This document shows positions 37,984-47,405 of a DNA stretch of 64,000 bases, one piece after another (the first letter of the stretch is position 1; the number at the start of each line of letters is the position of its first letter). Under the pieces are notes generated by a model. It was not told the origin of the DNA. It did not search any database and saw only the letters and a program-made list of their open reading frames with translations. A program made the translations under genes and the position numbers. The stretch comes from Candidatus Eremiobacteria bacterium. Lineage in GTDB: Bacteria; Vulcanimicrobiota; Vulcanimicrobiia; Vulcanimicrobiales; Vulcanimicrobiaceae. Location: positions 192,001 through 256,000 of the forward strand of contig CAVWUU010000002.1 in assembly GCA_963758295.1 (NCBI GenBank), given 5' to 3'.

Positions 37984-40152
37984 CTACGTTCCGGTTTGGC
38001 CGCCGACGTGGAAGACGTACTTTACGATGACGCGATTGAGCGTGCTGATTGCCGCGGGCGTACCGTAGTCGACGTAGAGTTCGTCGAGGTTCTTGAACCG
38101 CTCGTGATAAGAAATTGCAAGATTCGTACCCGGTAACGCGTAGCCGCCGTTGCCGTTGATGGAACGCAATCCGATCGCAAGACTCGCGTTCTTGCCGAAG
38201 GCACGCGTAAGTGATGCGCTGCGCAGCCACTGGGAATCGATCAGGGGCGCAAGCGATCCTGGGACCGCGTGTTCGAGCGCACCGTTGTACGCAAACGACA
38301 CGCCCCAGACGCCGCGAAGCACCGACGTTGATACACTCATTTGCTGCAGAAAGACCGGTTGCAACTCGTTATTTGCAAACGGGCCCCACGAATACGAGGC
38401 GTCGACGGGCGACGGCGTGCCGTCGCGGAAGCCGAACGCTACCGTTTGGCTGTTGAACGGCATCACTTGAGCGCCCGTATAGAGCGGATAGGCGTTGGCG
38501 TAAAAGCGTAGGTTGCTCGTCGTTTGCCCGTACTGCAATGTCACAAGGTCTTTGAATGTCAGGCTCGCGTTGGTGAAGATGTCACTTTGGTGCGCCGCTC
38601 CGCTGCGGTCCATGTAACGGTCGGCACCGAACAAAAGCTGATACGACTTTAGCACGCCGTCTTTTGGACCGTTACCGCTGTATTGATAGAAAAACTGTGG
38701 GCCGCGCAGATCGTTCTCTTGAATGTAGCCGTCGAGCGGGTTGTATTCCGGCCCGATGTCGGCGTATTTCAGAATCGCGAGCGTGTGCGCGTTTTGGACG
38801 CCGCCGCCGAACTGGAGATCCTCCGCCTGGCCAGGGGCATCGACGTCGGTGCCGCGATCCATGGTGATCTTCGCCAAGCCGAACACGCCGTTACGCGGGT
38901 TCGTGGTCGCTACGCCGTAGCCGAACGTGTTGTCGCGAATGCCGGTATGATTGGCATTCACGCCGTCTACGGCTAGAGTAAGCGAATTATCCGATTTATT
39001 CCAGGCGTAACCAAACGCCGTGTCGTCGAACCCGTCGCCGATCACGTTGAGCAAGCCGACTTGACCGAGGCCTTGCGTTCCCTCGAGCTTCAGACCGCGA
39101 TTGAACACGCCGATGCGCGGCGAGTAGAACTGCAAGTCATTCGAATTGATGTTAATCCCCGGCAGGGCATTGATGTAGTTGGCACCCTGCGCGAAGAACG
39201 GACGGTACTCATTGTACTGGCGCTGGAACTCTTGCGGAGCGATCGTCGTCTGATCTTGCTCGACATTCGAGAAATCCGGATTCAACGTTCCCACGAACGC
39301 CATCGTATTCGTCACCGGCACCGTCAAATCGATGCCGTACGGCCGCGCCTTCATCGGCTCGAATTGGCCGATCCCATTTTGGAAGACGCCGCGGTCGAGG
39401 CCACCGGACCCCAAGGCGTAGAGGTCGGCGTGCGGTTTCGGACGCGAGGCGTTCTTCGGAATTTGAAGCCCGACCATGTGCGGCCAGTACTGCGAGGAGC
39501 CTACGGCCTGCATCGTCGAGTCGTATGCCCAGGTGTACTCGTCGTTGGTAGCCGCGACGAAGCGGACGATGTCGATCTGCCAATTTTGCTTGTCGCCGCC
39601 TTGCGCGCGAATGACACGCAGCGGAATAACCATGACGAGATTCCAGTCGCCGTTCGGAAGGATCGACGTGGTGCTCTGCCAGTCGGGCGCGTACCGCGAG
39701 TTTTCGCTTGAATACTCATCGTGGACGCCACGCGGATTGGCGCGGAACTGATACACGCGCGCGCCGCTTCCCGAGGTTTCCAGATTCAGCGAAACGTGAT
39801 CGTCGGTTGCGACGCCGGCATGGTCAACGTTCTGCGTTGCGGTAATCGGCGTCCCGGCCTGTTGACAATGCACGGCAACATACAGGTTCGTATCGTCGTA
39901 GAGGACGTACGCAACCGTGTTCTGCTTGGCGGGTTGGTGGTTCGTGAAGTCGTAGAAGCGATCGAAGACCAGACCCTTTTGCCACGTCGGATCGGACAGC
40001 GACGCGTCGAGTTTCGGCGGCGTCGCCGTCTTCACCGCATCGACGTTCGCGGTATGGGGAACCCAAGCGAACGCCGGTGATGCCATTACCATCATGGGAA
40101 GGGATAATGCCACTGCACCGAGCGCTAAGCGCCGGATGATCGAACGGTTCAT
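37984..40152 (-). CDS. secreted CBM9-like/DUF5916-type protein
   Basis: Signal peptide; PKLDASLSDPTW, YDDTNLYVA, TLNPDFSNVEQD, EYRPFF motifs; beta-rich C-terminus. Confidence 0.75.
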   Translation of the reverse strand: MNRSIIRRLALGAVALSLPMMVMASPAFAWVPHTANVDAVKTATPPKLDASLSDPTWQKGLVFDRFYDFTNHQPAKQNTVAYVLYDDTNLYVAVHCQQAGTPITATQNVDHAGVATDDHVSLNLETSGSGARVYQFRANPRGVHDEYSSENSRYAPDWQSTTSILPNGDWNLVMVIPLRVIRAQGGDKQNWQIDIVRFVAATNDEYTWAYDSTMQAVGSSQYWPHMVGLQIPKNASRPKPHADLYALGSGGLDRGVFQNGIGQFEPMKARPYGIDLTVPVTNTMAFVGTLNPDFSNVEQDQTTIAPQEFQRQYNEYRPFFAQGANYINALPGININSNDLQFYSPRIGVFNRGLKLEGTQGLGQVGLLNVIGDGFDDTAFGYAWNKSDNSLTLAVDGVNANHTGIRDNTFGYGVATTNPRNGVFGLAKITMDRGTDVDAPGQAEDLQFGGGVQNAHTLAILKYADIGPEYNPLDGYIQENDLRGPQFFYQYSGNGPKDGVLKSYQLLFGADRYMDRSGAAHQSDIFTNASLTFKDLVTLQYGQTTSNLRFYANAYPLYTGAQVMPFNSQTVAFGFRDGTPSPVDASYSWGPFANNELQPVFLQQMSVSTSVLRGVWGVSFAYNGALEHAVPGSLAPLIDSQWLRSASLTRAFGKNASLAIGLRSINGNGGYALPGTNLAISYHERFKNLDELYVDYGTPAAISTLNRVIVKYVFHVGGQTGT

Positions 40153-40305
40153 TTGCCTTTACTTACGGAATTAGGAGATAGATGTTTCAAGCCGCTTGCG
40201 ATATAAATCGCGGCTGCTATCTATTGATATAGCCGCTAATAACGTCGCGTGCCGAACGAGGACGTTCCCCCTAGGTAGCTCGCTGCCTCGGCAGAAGCTT
40301 TAAGT

Positions 40306-40788
40306 ATGGCAACCGTACAACGCGTAAATTGGGGCAGCGTCTTTAAAGAAGCTGTCGCCGCCGGCATCGCCGGTGCAATTCTGATCGAACTCTATCTCGT
40401 GCTAACCACCGTGCTGCCGCAACACGGCAGTATAATGGGCATGTTGCAGTGGACCGCATCGACGGTGATCGGCAAAGTAGCCTTCACCGGCGCAGCGTAC
40501 GCGTGGCTTGGGCTCTTAATCCATTTTTGCGTGAGCATCGCTTGGGCCGGCGGCTACGCGTATCTCGCATCGCAACAGAAATTCATGAACCACCGCTGGG
40601 CGATCTCCGGGCTTGTGTACGGGCTGGTCGTTTACGGCTTCATGCAACTGATTTTGCTGGGCGACAACAACTTGAAGCCGCCCCCGACACCCAACGACTT
40701 CATCAATGCGCTGATCGCACACGCCGTGTTCTTCGGCTTGCCGGTTGCATTCGTCGTGTCGCGTTTCAATCGCACATTCTCGCGATAA
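40306..40788 (+). CDS. hypothetical membrane protein (4 TM, intramembrane His)
   Basis: GLLIHF and AHAVFFGLP segments. Confidence 0.7.
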   Translation: MATVQRVNWGSVFKEAVAAGIAGAILIELYLVLTTVLPQHGSIMGMLQWTASTVIGKVAFTGAAYAWLGLLIHFCVSIAWAGGYAYLASQQKFMNHRWAISGLVYGLVVYGFMQLILLGDNNLKPPPTPNDFINALIAHAVFFGLPVAFVVSRFNRTFSR

Positions 40789-41554
40789 ACTCTTTTGCGA
40801 ACTTTGCAGCGACCGTTGCGGTGATGCCGCCGATGTCTTGATCCGGATTGTATTCCACGACGTCCGCGCCGACTACGTCGCCCGGGATTCGTTTGACGAT
40901 CTCGAGCACGTCGCGTACGGAAAGACCACCCGGTTCACGATGCGACACGCCTGGCGCAAACGCGGGATCGAGGCCGTCAAGATCGAGCGATACGTAAACC
41001 GGACCGGACGGCAACGCCGCACCCGCCGCCTCTATTTCCCAAGCGCCGAAAACTTTTACGCCAAAGCCTTCGGCGATTGCTTTTTGCGGCGGGCTCATCG
41101 TTCGAATGCCGATCTGCACCAATGCGCTTACCGGCGTGTCTTCCAAAATCCGCGCGAACGGAGACGCATGTGAGAAGCGATTGCCCTGGAAGCTCGGATA
41201 CATGTCGGGATGCGCATCGAAATGAACGATGCTCAAATTCGGATAGCGCCGTGCATACGCGCGCACGATCGGGTACGTGATCGAGTGGTCGCCGCCGAGC
41301 GATAGCACTCGGTTGCCTCGCGCCAGTTCGGCCGCGACGGCAAATTCGATCGTCGCCCGGTCGCTCTCGTCTTCTTGCAGCGCGACGTCACCGCCGTCCG
41401 ACATAACGCCCGGAGCCCGCAAGTTGACGCCCGACTCAGCGTACGGATTTTGCGCGTCGGTTAGGAACTCGGCGCGGATCGCGGCGGGGGCCTTCGCCGG
41501 GCCGCGCAGATGCGAGGAGTTCGAGTCGGTCGGAAACCCGAGCATCGTTACCAT
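40766..41554 (-). CDS. agmatinase/arginase family ureohydrolase
   Basis: GGDHS, DAHPD, SHAS, DLDGLDPAFAPG, VEYNP. Confidence 0.92.
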   Translation of the reverse strand: MVTMLGFPTDSNSSHLRGPAKAPAAIRAEFLTDAQNPYAESGVNLRAPGVMSDGGDVALQEDESDRATIEFAVAAELARGNRVLSLGGDHSITYPIVRAYARRYPNLSIVHFDAHPDMYPSFQGNRFSHASPFARILEDTPVSALVQIGIRTMSPPQKAIAEGFGVKVFGAWEIEAAGAALPSGPVYVSLDLDGLDPAFAPGVSHREPGGLSVRDVLEIVKRIPGDVVGADVVEYNPDQDIGGITATVAAKFAKEFIARMCD

Positions 41555-41613
41555 TACCGGCCCTTCCCGGGCGCTCCACCGGAACCCGCTGCACGTTGAG
41601 CGAAGGTTTGCGC

Positions 41614-42748
41614 GTGATCGGCCGGTTGTGCATTTCGCTGGGAGCGCTTAAACGAAACGCCGAAGCCCTGCGCGCGCTCGTCGCCCCCAAACGGGCGGCA
41701 TTCGTCGTGAAGGGCAACGCATACGGACACGGGCTGCTCGAATGCGCCCTCGCAGCCGAGCCGTTTGCCGCAAAGCTGTGCGTATATTCCGTTGACGAAG
41801 CGGTCGTCTTACGCGACGGCGGCGTCACTGCGCCGATTCTCGTCCTCGGGCCGGTGGAACCCGTAGAACTGGATGTGGTTGCGGCGTTTGAGCTAGAAGT
41901 CGCGCTTTGGGATACAAGTGCGTTCGTCGCCCAACTCGCGGCGAGCCGCGCGTAAGCACCACACGCGCATCAAGGCGCACGTGAAGCTGAACACCGGCTT
42001 GAATCGCCTCGGCTTGGAGCCCGACGAACTAGCCGACGCAGTGGAAGACTTTTTGCACATTGCGGACCTCGAAATTGCCGGCATCTTTTCGCACCTCGCC
42101 TCCGCCGAGGAAATTGATTCGCCCTACACGATGCAGCAACTCGATCGCTTCCGCCACGCATACACGCATGCGGAACCCATCCTCGCGTCGCATGGCGTAG
42201 CGCCGGTCCAGCACATCGCGGCGTCCGCTGCCGCAATGCTCTGGCCGCAAACGCGTTTGGACATGTCACGGTTCGGGATCGCGCTCTATGGGCTGTGGCC
42301 ATCGCCGCAAACTCGCGAAGCGATGAACGGCGGCCGGCTGCCGCTCGAACCGGTCATGCGTTACGAAACCGCGCTAACCGTTGTGCGAACGGTCGCCGCC
42401 GGATCGCCCATCGGATACGGCACGAGCTTCCACGCACCGCGCGAACTGCGCGTCGGCATTGTTCCGCTGGGCTATGCGGACGGCATTCCGCGCGCGCTCT
42501 CCAATCGCGGCGCGGTCCTCATTGATGGCGCCCGCTGCCCCATTATCGGACGCGTGGCGATGAACATGTGCTACGTGGATGTCACTCATGCGCCGCACGC
42601 GCAGCCCGGCGCAAAGACGACGCTGCTCGGCCGCGACGGCGACGCTGAAATCACCGCTGATGACTGGGCGCAATGGGCCGACACGATCAATTACGAAATC
42701 ATAACCCGCATGCCCGCGCACTTGCGACGTGACTTTATCGATGATTGA
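41614..42748 (+). CDS. alr: alanine racemase (apparent +1 frameshift about 41943)
   Basis: VVKGNAYGHG (PLP Lys), KLNTGLNRLG, IGYG, GYADG, TINYE. Confidence 0.92.
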
Positions 42749-42763
42749 AGCGTTAATAGGAAT

Positions 42764-43699
42764 ATGATTGGCACGCCGGCCGCCGTTGTCGTTGCCGCGG
42801 TAAACAACCGCCCGCCCGCCGTGGTCGCGGCGCCGCAGCCTATCGCCACCATTGCGCCGCCGGACGGCAGCAGAGAGTCAACGGCATTCCCCACGATCGC
42901 CGCAAACGTGAAAGCGCCGTTCGGTGTGAGGATTGCGAAACTCCGGATGCTACTCGATACGATCGACGTAACGCACGACGTCTCGTTCGGCGGAACGTCA
43001 ATCACGTACATACCGCGCCAGGGATTGCTTGTCGGCACGCATACGGTACAAATCGCCGGGTCGCTTTCGAACGGTCAGGCATTCGCGCAATCGTGGGCGT
43101 TCGAAACCACGCAACCCGCTTTGCAAAGTATCGGTCCGCCAAGCAGTTCGTTCAATTCATACGGATCGCTCACATTGAGCGTTTCCGGGTCCGTCTTCGG
43201 TCCGAATCAGATCATGCCGGTGCAACTCGTGGCTCCGCCCGGCGGCCAAGCCTACGCGTTCGTTTGCAATTCGCCGTGGCAGTATCCGATGTACGCATCG
43301 CCGTCGTCGCCGTTTTATTCCGTTACGCTGCAAGCACCGTGGGGCCGGCAACTTTCGCAATGTCCGGTCACGGCAATGTACATTGGCCCGAACGGTGAAG
43401 TGCTCTACGCACCTTTCCCCGTGTTCGTAACGTTTGCGCCGGTGGCACCCTATCAAACGCCCGCGCCACGTCAGCAAACTCCCACGCCGTCACCGCTTCC
43501 CATGTCCCCATCGCCTGCAGTATCGTCACCACCGCGTCACATCCGTCCGATTCCCGTGGTGACACGAACGCCGCAAACGCCCGGGCCCGTTACGCAAACG
43601 CCTGCGCCGGAATCGCATCCGATAGCCCGTCCGCCCGTGCGCGTAACGCCGCGGCCGTTACCTATTCGTACGAAAGCGCCGGATTCTCGTAGCGCTTAG
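42764..43699 (+). CDS. Pro-rich exported protein with Ig-like segment
   Basis: P/T-rich C-terminus; an out-of-frame ATG at 42741 (MIEALIGI) may be the true start via a 1-nt deletion. Confidence 0.6.
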   Translation: MIGTPAAVVVAAVNNRPPAVVAAPQPIATIAPPDGSRESTAFPTIAANVKAPFGVRIAKLRMLLDTIDVTHDVSFGGTSITYIPRQGLLVGTHTVQIAGSLSNGQAFAQSWAFETTQPALQSIGPPSSSFNSYGSLTLSVSGSVFGPNQIMPVQLVAPPGGQAYAFVCNSPWQYPMYASPSSPFYSVTLQAPWGRQLSQCPVTAMYIGPNGEVLYAPFPVFVTFAPVAPYQTPAPRQQTPTPSPLPMSPSPAVSSPPRHIRPIPVVTRTPQTPGPVTQTPAPESHPIARPPVRVTPRPLPIRTKAPDSRSA

Positions 43700-44898
43700 G
43701 CGCCGTCCCACAACACGACGACCGGTACGTCGATTCCCAGAGCGCTCTTGTCGCGATCCACGACAATGCGTTTGGACGTTTTCGGAATTCCACGCAACAT
43801 CGCGTGCACGTCCGAAATGCGCCGGCCGGTCACGGGCGTTCCGTCGATCGAAACTAACTGCGAACCGATAAGTTTCGAACGCAGTCCGCTGTATGCCGGA
43901 TCGTCCAAGACCTGAGCAATGGCATACGTCCCATCGTCGTTCGGCGTTACCGTCAGCGCAACGATCGCAAGCGGATGCATGGGTTCGCCGGGCGTGGCGA
44001 AGTCCAAAAACAACTTGGCATTCGGATAATCCAGGGTGACGTTAAAACGGCGCAGCACATTTCCGGCCAACGCGCCGACGATCGGCCCCGTTGTCAACGA
44101 ACTCATCCAGCGTTCGAATGTGCCTTCGGGACGTGAAACAGTCGCTACGTTTTCCACCGTCGTGCCGCCAAGTTGTAATGCCGGCAAGAATAGTTCTTGC
44201 GCGTTTGCTTCAAAAGAACCGCCGAGCATATTGGCATCGTCGTATGCGCCGCGCACGATGCGCCAGCCCGGATGTTTTGCACGTAAATCGCCGATTACCG
44301 CTTGCGAAAGCATGGTGCACGAAGCGCCGCTATCAAGCAACACGTACAACCGCTGATCCCCAATGGTCACCGGAACGCGAGCGAATCCCGAACGCGGCGC
44401 GATCTCTACGGCGAGCGGCGTCCCTTGCGGCGGATCGACGTCGATCCCAAATCGATGCGCGGGATAGTCGAACGTTACGGCGTGATCGCGAAGCAAACGC
44501 ACCGGAAACATGACGTCGGCCTCGACGCCGGAGGTCATGCGATCGGAATCAAGCATCATCACGTCGCTTGGCGCGAGCGGTACTCTCACGTCCGAAGCCA
44601 TGACGTGGGGTGGGTCGACCGGAACGAGACGTTCGCCGTTTTCCGTAACGGCTTTGCCGCTTTCGCGCAGGCCAAGCTCTCGCGCGAAATCACGCCGCAG
44701 AACCAGCTGTCCGCCGCCGGTATCCAGCCAGCAAATGCCGGTACGAGATCTTCCGCTCGGTCCCATAAACTCGAGGGCGACGAATGCGCGACTCATCCCT
44801 ACGTTCATTGGCAGCCACGTCGCCTTCGACGTCGCTACAGCCGACGGCGCGGCGGCAAATGCTGAAACGAGCGAAAGAAAAGTCGCGCGATCCAGAAT
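43696..44898 (-). CDS. two-domain retropepsin-like aspartyl protease with C-terminal PDZ-like domain (start uncertain)
   Basis: LDTGG and LDSGA catalytic motifs; GALAGNVL; SIDG PDZ-like segment; Tat-like LDRATFL N-terminus. Confidence 0.75.
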   Translation of the reverse strand: MLDRATFLSLVSAFAAAPSAVATSKATWLPMNVGMSRAFVALEFMGPSGRSRTGICWLDTGGGQLVLRRDFARELGLRESGKAVTENGERLVPVDPPHVMASDVRVPLAPSDVMMLDSDRMTSGVEADVMFPVRLLRDHAVTFDYPAHRFGIDVDPPQGTPLAVEIAPRSGFARVPVTIGDQRLYVLLDSGASCTMLSQAVIGDLRAKHPGWRIVRGAYDDANMLGGSFEANAQELFLPALQLGGTTVENVATVSRPEGTFERWMSSLTTGPIVGALAGNVLRRFNVTLDYPNAKLFLDFATPGEPMHPLAIVALTVTPNDDGTYAIAQVLDDPAYSGLRSKLIGSQLVSIDGTPVTGRRISDVHAMLRGIPKTSKRIVVDRDKSALGIDVPVVVLWDGA

Positions 44899-46079
44899 TA
44901 GGTCCCCGTTGCGACCGCTCCGCCGGTGCGTTGTTCCACCGGAACGTACGGTCCGGCCGGCGGGCCGACGTAGGAAGCTTGCGGACGAATCAAGCGATTG
45001 TCGCGCAGTTGTTCGAGGACGTGCGCGCTCCAGCCGGCTATGCGGCCGCAGGCAAACAAGCACGTGAATTCATCACCGGGAATGCCGAGATCGGCGAGAA
45101 CCGGCGCGGTGTAAAAGTCGACGTTCGCGTAGATCTTACGATCGGGCTTTGCTTCTTGAAGCACCTTGTTGCTGGCTTCTTCGAGCTCACGCGCAATGGC
45201 GTACCATTGCGTGTCGCCACGGTACTCAGAGAGCTTCTTGGCAATTGCATCGAGATGCTTGGCACGCGGATCGCGCACGCGATACTCGCGGTGGCCCATG
45301 CCCATGATGCGGTGGCCCTTGGAAAGTTCGTCGCGAGCGAACTTCTCCGCGTTCTCGGGACGGCCGATCGAAACAAGGTTCGTATACGAAGCACTCGCTG
45401 CACCGCCGTGAAGGTCGCCGGTGAGCGTTGCAAGTGCGGCCGTAATAGCCGCGTAGATATCGGCGCGCGTCGACGCCGTTACGCGTGCGCTGAACGTGGA
45501 GGCATTGTACGAGTGGTCCGCCAGAAGCACGAGGTACGTATCGACGGCGTCTTCCTCGATGGCCACCGGCACTTTTCCGGTTCGCATGTACAGAAAGTTC
45601 GCCGCATGCGACAGGTCGCCACGCGGTTCGATCGGATCGAGACCGCGGCGAATGCGATCCCACGCGGCAAGAATCGTCGTCATCTTCGCGATTAGCTCGA
45701 TCGCGCTGTGAACGTCGGAAACGTGTTCGCCCTTTCCGTTCACCGGCGAAAAGAGCGCAAGTCCGCTCACGATGGTGCGCATCACGTCCATCGGCCACGC
45801 CGTTTTCGGCACGCTCTGCATGGCGCCGATCAGCGGTTGCGGCAGCGCCGCGCGCGACGAAAGCTCGCGCTTGAGCGATTCCAGCTCGTCGGCGGTCGGA
45901 AGATGGCCGTAGAGCAACAGATGGATGACTTCTTCGAACGATGCATTCGGTGCGAGATCATCGATGTCGTAACCGCGGTAGGTTAAGCGACCGATCTGGC
46001 CTTCGACGTTACTAAGCACCGTGGATCCGACGACAACACCCTCGAGCCCGCGATCGACGACCGTACCAGTGGTAGACAA
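44898..46079 (-). CDS. citrate synthase (citrate/2-methylcitrate synthase family)
   Basis: GLEGV, LTYRGY, DHSYNAST, LHGGA, GMGHR, NVDFY; GGAGG RBS before TTG 46079. Confidence 0.95.
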   Translation of the reverse strand: MSTTGTVVDRGLEGVVVGSTVLSNVEGQIGRLTYRGYDIDDLAPNASFEEVIHLLLYGHLPTADELESLKRELSSRAALPQPLIGAMQSVPKTAWPMDVMRTIVSGLALFSPVNGKGEHVSDVHSAIELIAKMTTILAAWDRIRRGLDPIEPRGDLSHAANFLYMRTGKVPVAIEEDAVDTYLVLLADHSYNASTFSARVTASTRADIYAAITAALATLTGDLHGGAASASYTNLVSIGRPENAEKFARDELSKGHRIMGMGHREYRVRDPRAKHLDAIAKKLSEYRGDTQWYAIARELEEASNKVLQEAKPDRKIYANVDFYTAPVLADLGIPGDEFTCLFACGRIAGWSAHVLEQLRDNRLIRPQASYVGPPAGPYVPVEQRTGGAVATGT

Positions 46080-46085
46080 GTGTTC

Positions 46086-46221
46086 CTCCAACGAAAACCC
46101 GCCCGGTTGCGGACGGGTAGCCAAAGAGAGTTAAAGAGTTGCCGGGGACGCGCCTCCCTGCGACTTTTCAGTCACTGGAAGGCGAGCTCCCGCTCGCTGA
46201 AGCTGCAGCTCGAGGTTGGAG
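46086..46221 (-). ncRNA. candidate structured cis-regulatory 5' leader of citrate synthase
   Basis: Two GNRA-capped hairpins, a terminator-like hairpin plus UUUU, and a 5' CUCCAAC complementary to the SD-containing GUUGGAG. Confidence 0.5.
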
Positions 46222-46231
46222 TGCGACAGCT

Positions 46232-46420
46232 TTACACAAAAACCGCCGGATCGAGCCGCTTGCCGCCGAGCATGAGCAGGGACGGGCTCTTTTTCATTAC
46301 CGAGATATCCCGCAGTGGATCGCCGTTGAACGCCACGATGTCGTCCAACTTGCCCGGCGCTAACGATCCTCGATCGGTTACGCCGATTAGCGCGGCGGCG
46401 TTGTGCGTTGCGGCACGCAG
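46232..46420 (-). pseudogene. C-terminal fragment of a metal-dependent amidohydrolase
   Basis: LRAATHNAAALIG..RGSLAPGKLDDIVAFNGDPLRDI..LMLGGK; no N-terminal part (ddl ends 45 nt upstream). Confidence 0.75.
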
Positions 46421-46464
46421 GCGCCATTCGTTGCAACGCGCGGTTCTACTTGCGCCCGCGAGCC

Positions 46465-47403
46465 TTAAGCGACGTTGGCAACTTCGGCGCGCGAAAGTGC
46501 GTAGCCGATAAGGCGATCCACCAACGCTTCGTACGAAATGCCGACCGAGGCGCATGCGTCGGGAATCAAACTGGTTGGCGTCAATCCCGGAAGCGTATTG
46601 ACTTCCAAAATTTGCGGGCGGCCTTCCTTGCTCACGATGAAATCGGTCCGTGAGTAATCGCGCAAGCCGAGCAAACGATGCGTGGAAAGCGCCAACATTT
46701 GCAAGCGCGCAGCGAGATCTTCATCAATTTTCGCCGGCACGATGTGCGTGCTTCCGCCCGGTGCATATTTTGCATCGAACGTATAAAACTCGTCTTGGTT
46801 CGGCACCACTTCGATCACGGGGAGTGCTTCTTCGCCAAGCACGCCGCACGTAAACTCGCGGCCTTCAATAAACTCTTCAGCCATGATTTGGGCGTAAGAC
46901 TTTGCCGCGTTAATCATTGCCGACGTCCACTGCTCGTGCGTCTTCACGATGATGACGCCTTGCGAAGAACCTTCGAAGCGCGGTTTGATGACAAGCGGAA
47001 GATCGAGCGATCCCGGCAGCAACGGCAGCGTGCCGCCCGAGAGATCGAACAAGTCCCAAGCTGCGGTAGGCAACCCTTCCGCCGCAACAAGCTTCTTCGT
47101 TAGATGCTTGTCCATAGCAAGCGCCGAGGCTTCAACGCCGCTACCCGTATACGGGATGCCGAGATAATCGAGAATCGCCTGCGCGTGGCCGTCTTCACCA
47201 CCCGGTCCGTGCAGCGCGTTGAACACTACGTCGGGCGCGACTTCGCGAATGGCGTCGACGAAGCGCCGGTCGTAATCCAGCGACTGCGTGTCGTAGCCAA
47301 GCGACTGTAACGCGCGCATAACTCCCGATCCGGTTTGGATCGAGATCTCGCGTTCGGCGCTGCTTCCGCCCATAACGACGGCTACTTTAGCTTTTCTATT
47401 CAT
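46465..47403 (-). CDS. ddl: D-alanine--D-alanine ligase
   Basis: GGSSAEREIS, LHGPGGEDG, MDK, EGSS, AKY, LEVNTLPG. Confidence 0.97.
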   Translation of the reverse strand: MNRKAKVAVVMGGSSAEREISIQTGSGVMRALQSLGYDTQSLDYDRRFVDAIREVAPDVVFNALHGPGGEDGHAQAILDYLGIPYTGSGVEASALAMDKHLTKKLVAAEGLPTAAWDLFDLSGGTLPLLPGSLDLPLVIKPRFEGSSQGVIIVKTHEQWTSAMINAAKSYAQIMAEEFIEGREFTCGVLGEEALPVIEVVPNQDEFYTFDAKYAPGGSTHIVPAKIDEDLAARLQMLALSTHRLLGLRDYSRTDFIVSKEGRPQILEVNTLPGLTPTSLIPDACASVGISYEALVDRLIGYALSRAEVANVA

Positions 47404-47405
47404 TA

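Noticed and set aside
46086..46230. tRNA-Sec or another tRNA/rRNA
   Set aside because: No T-loop GTTCRA, UCA anticodon arm or CCA end; no tRNA or rRNA gene was recognised anywhere in the window
46465..47403. Ddl as a D-Ala-D-Lac ligase because of FYTFDAKY
   Set aside because: The specificity residue (E. coli DdlB Tyr216, the Y after K) is retained; the Phe is at a different position
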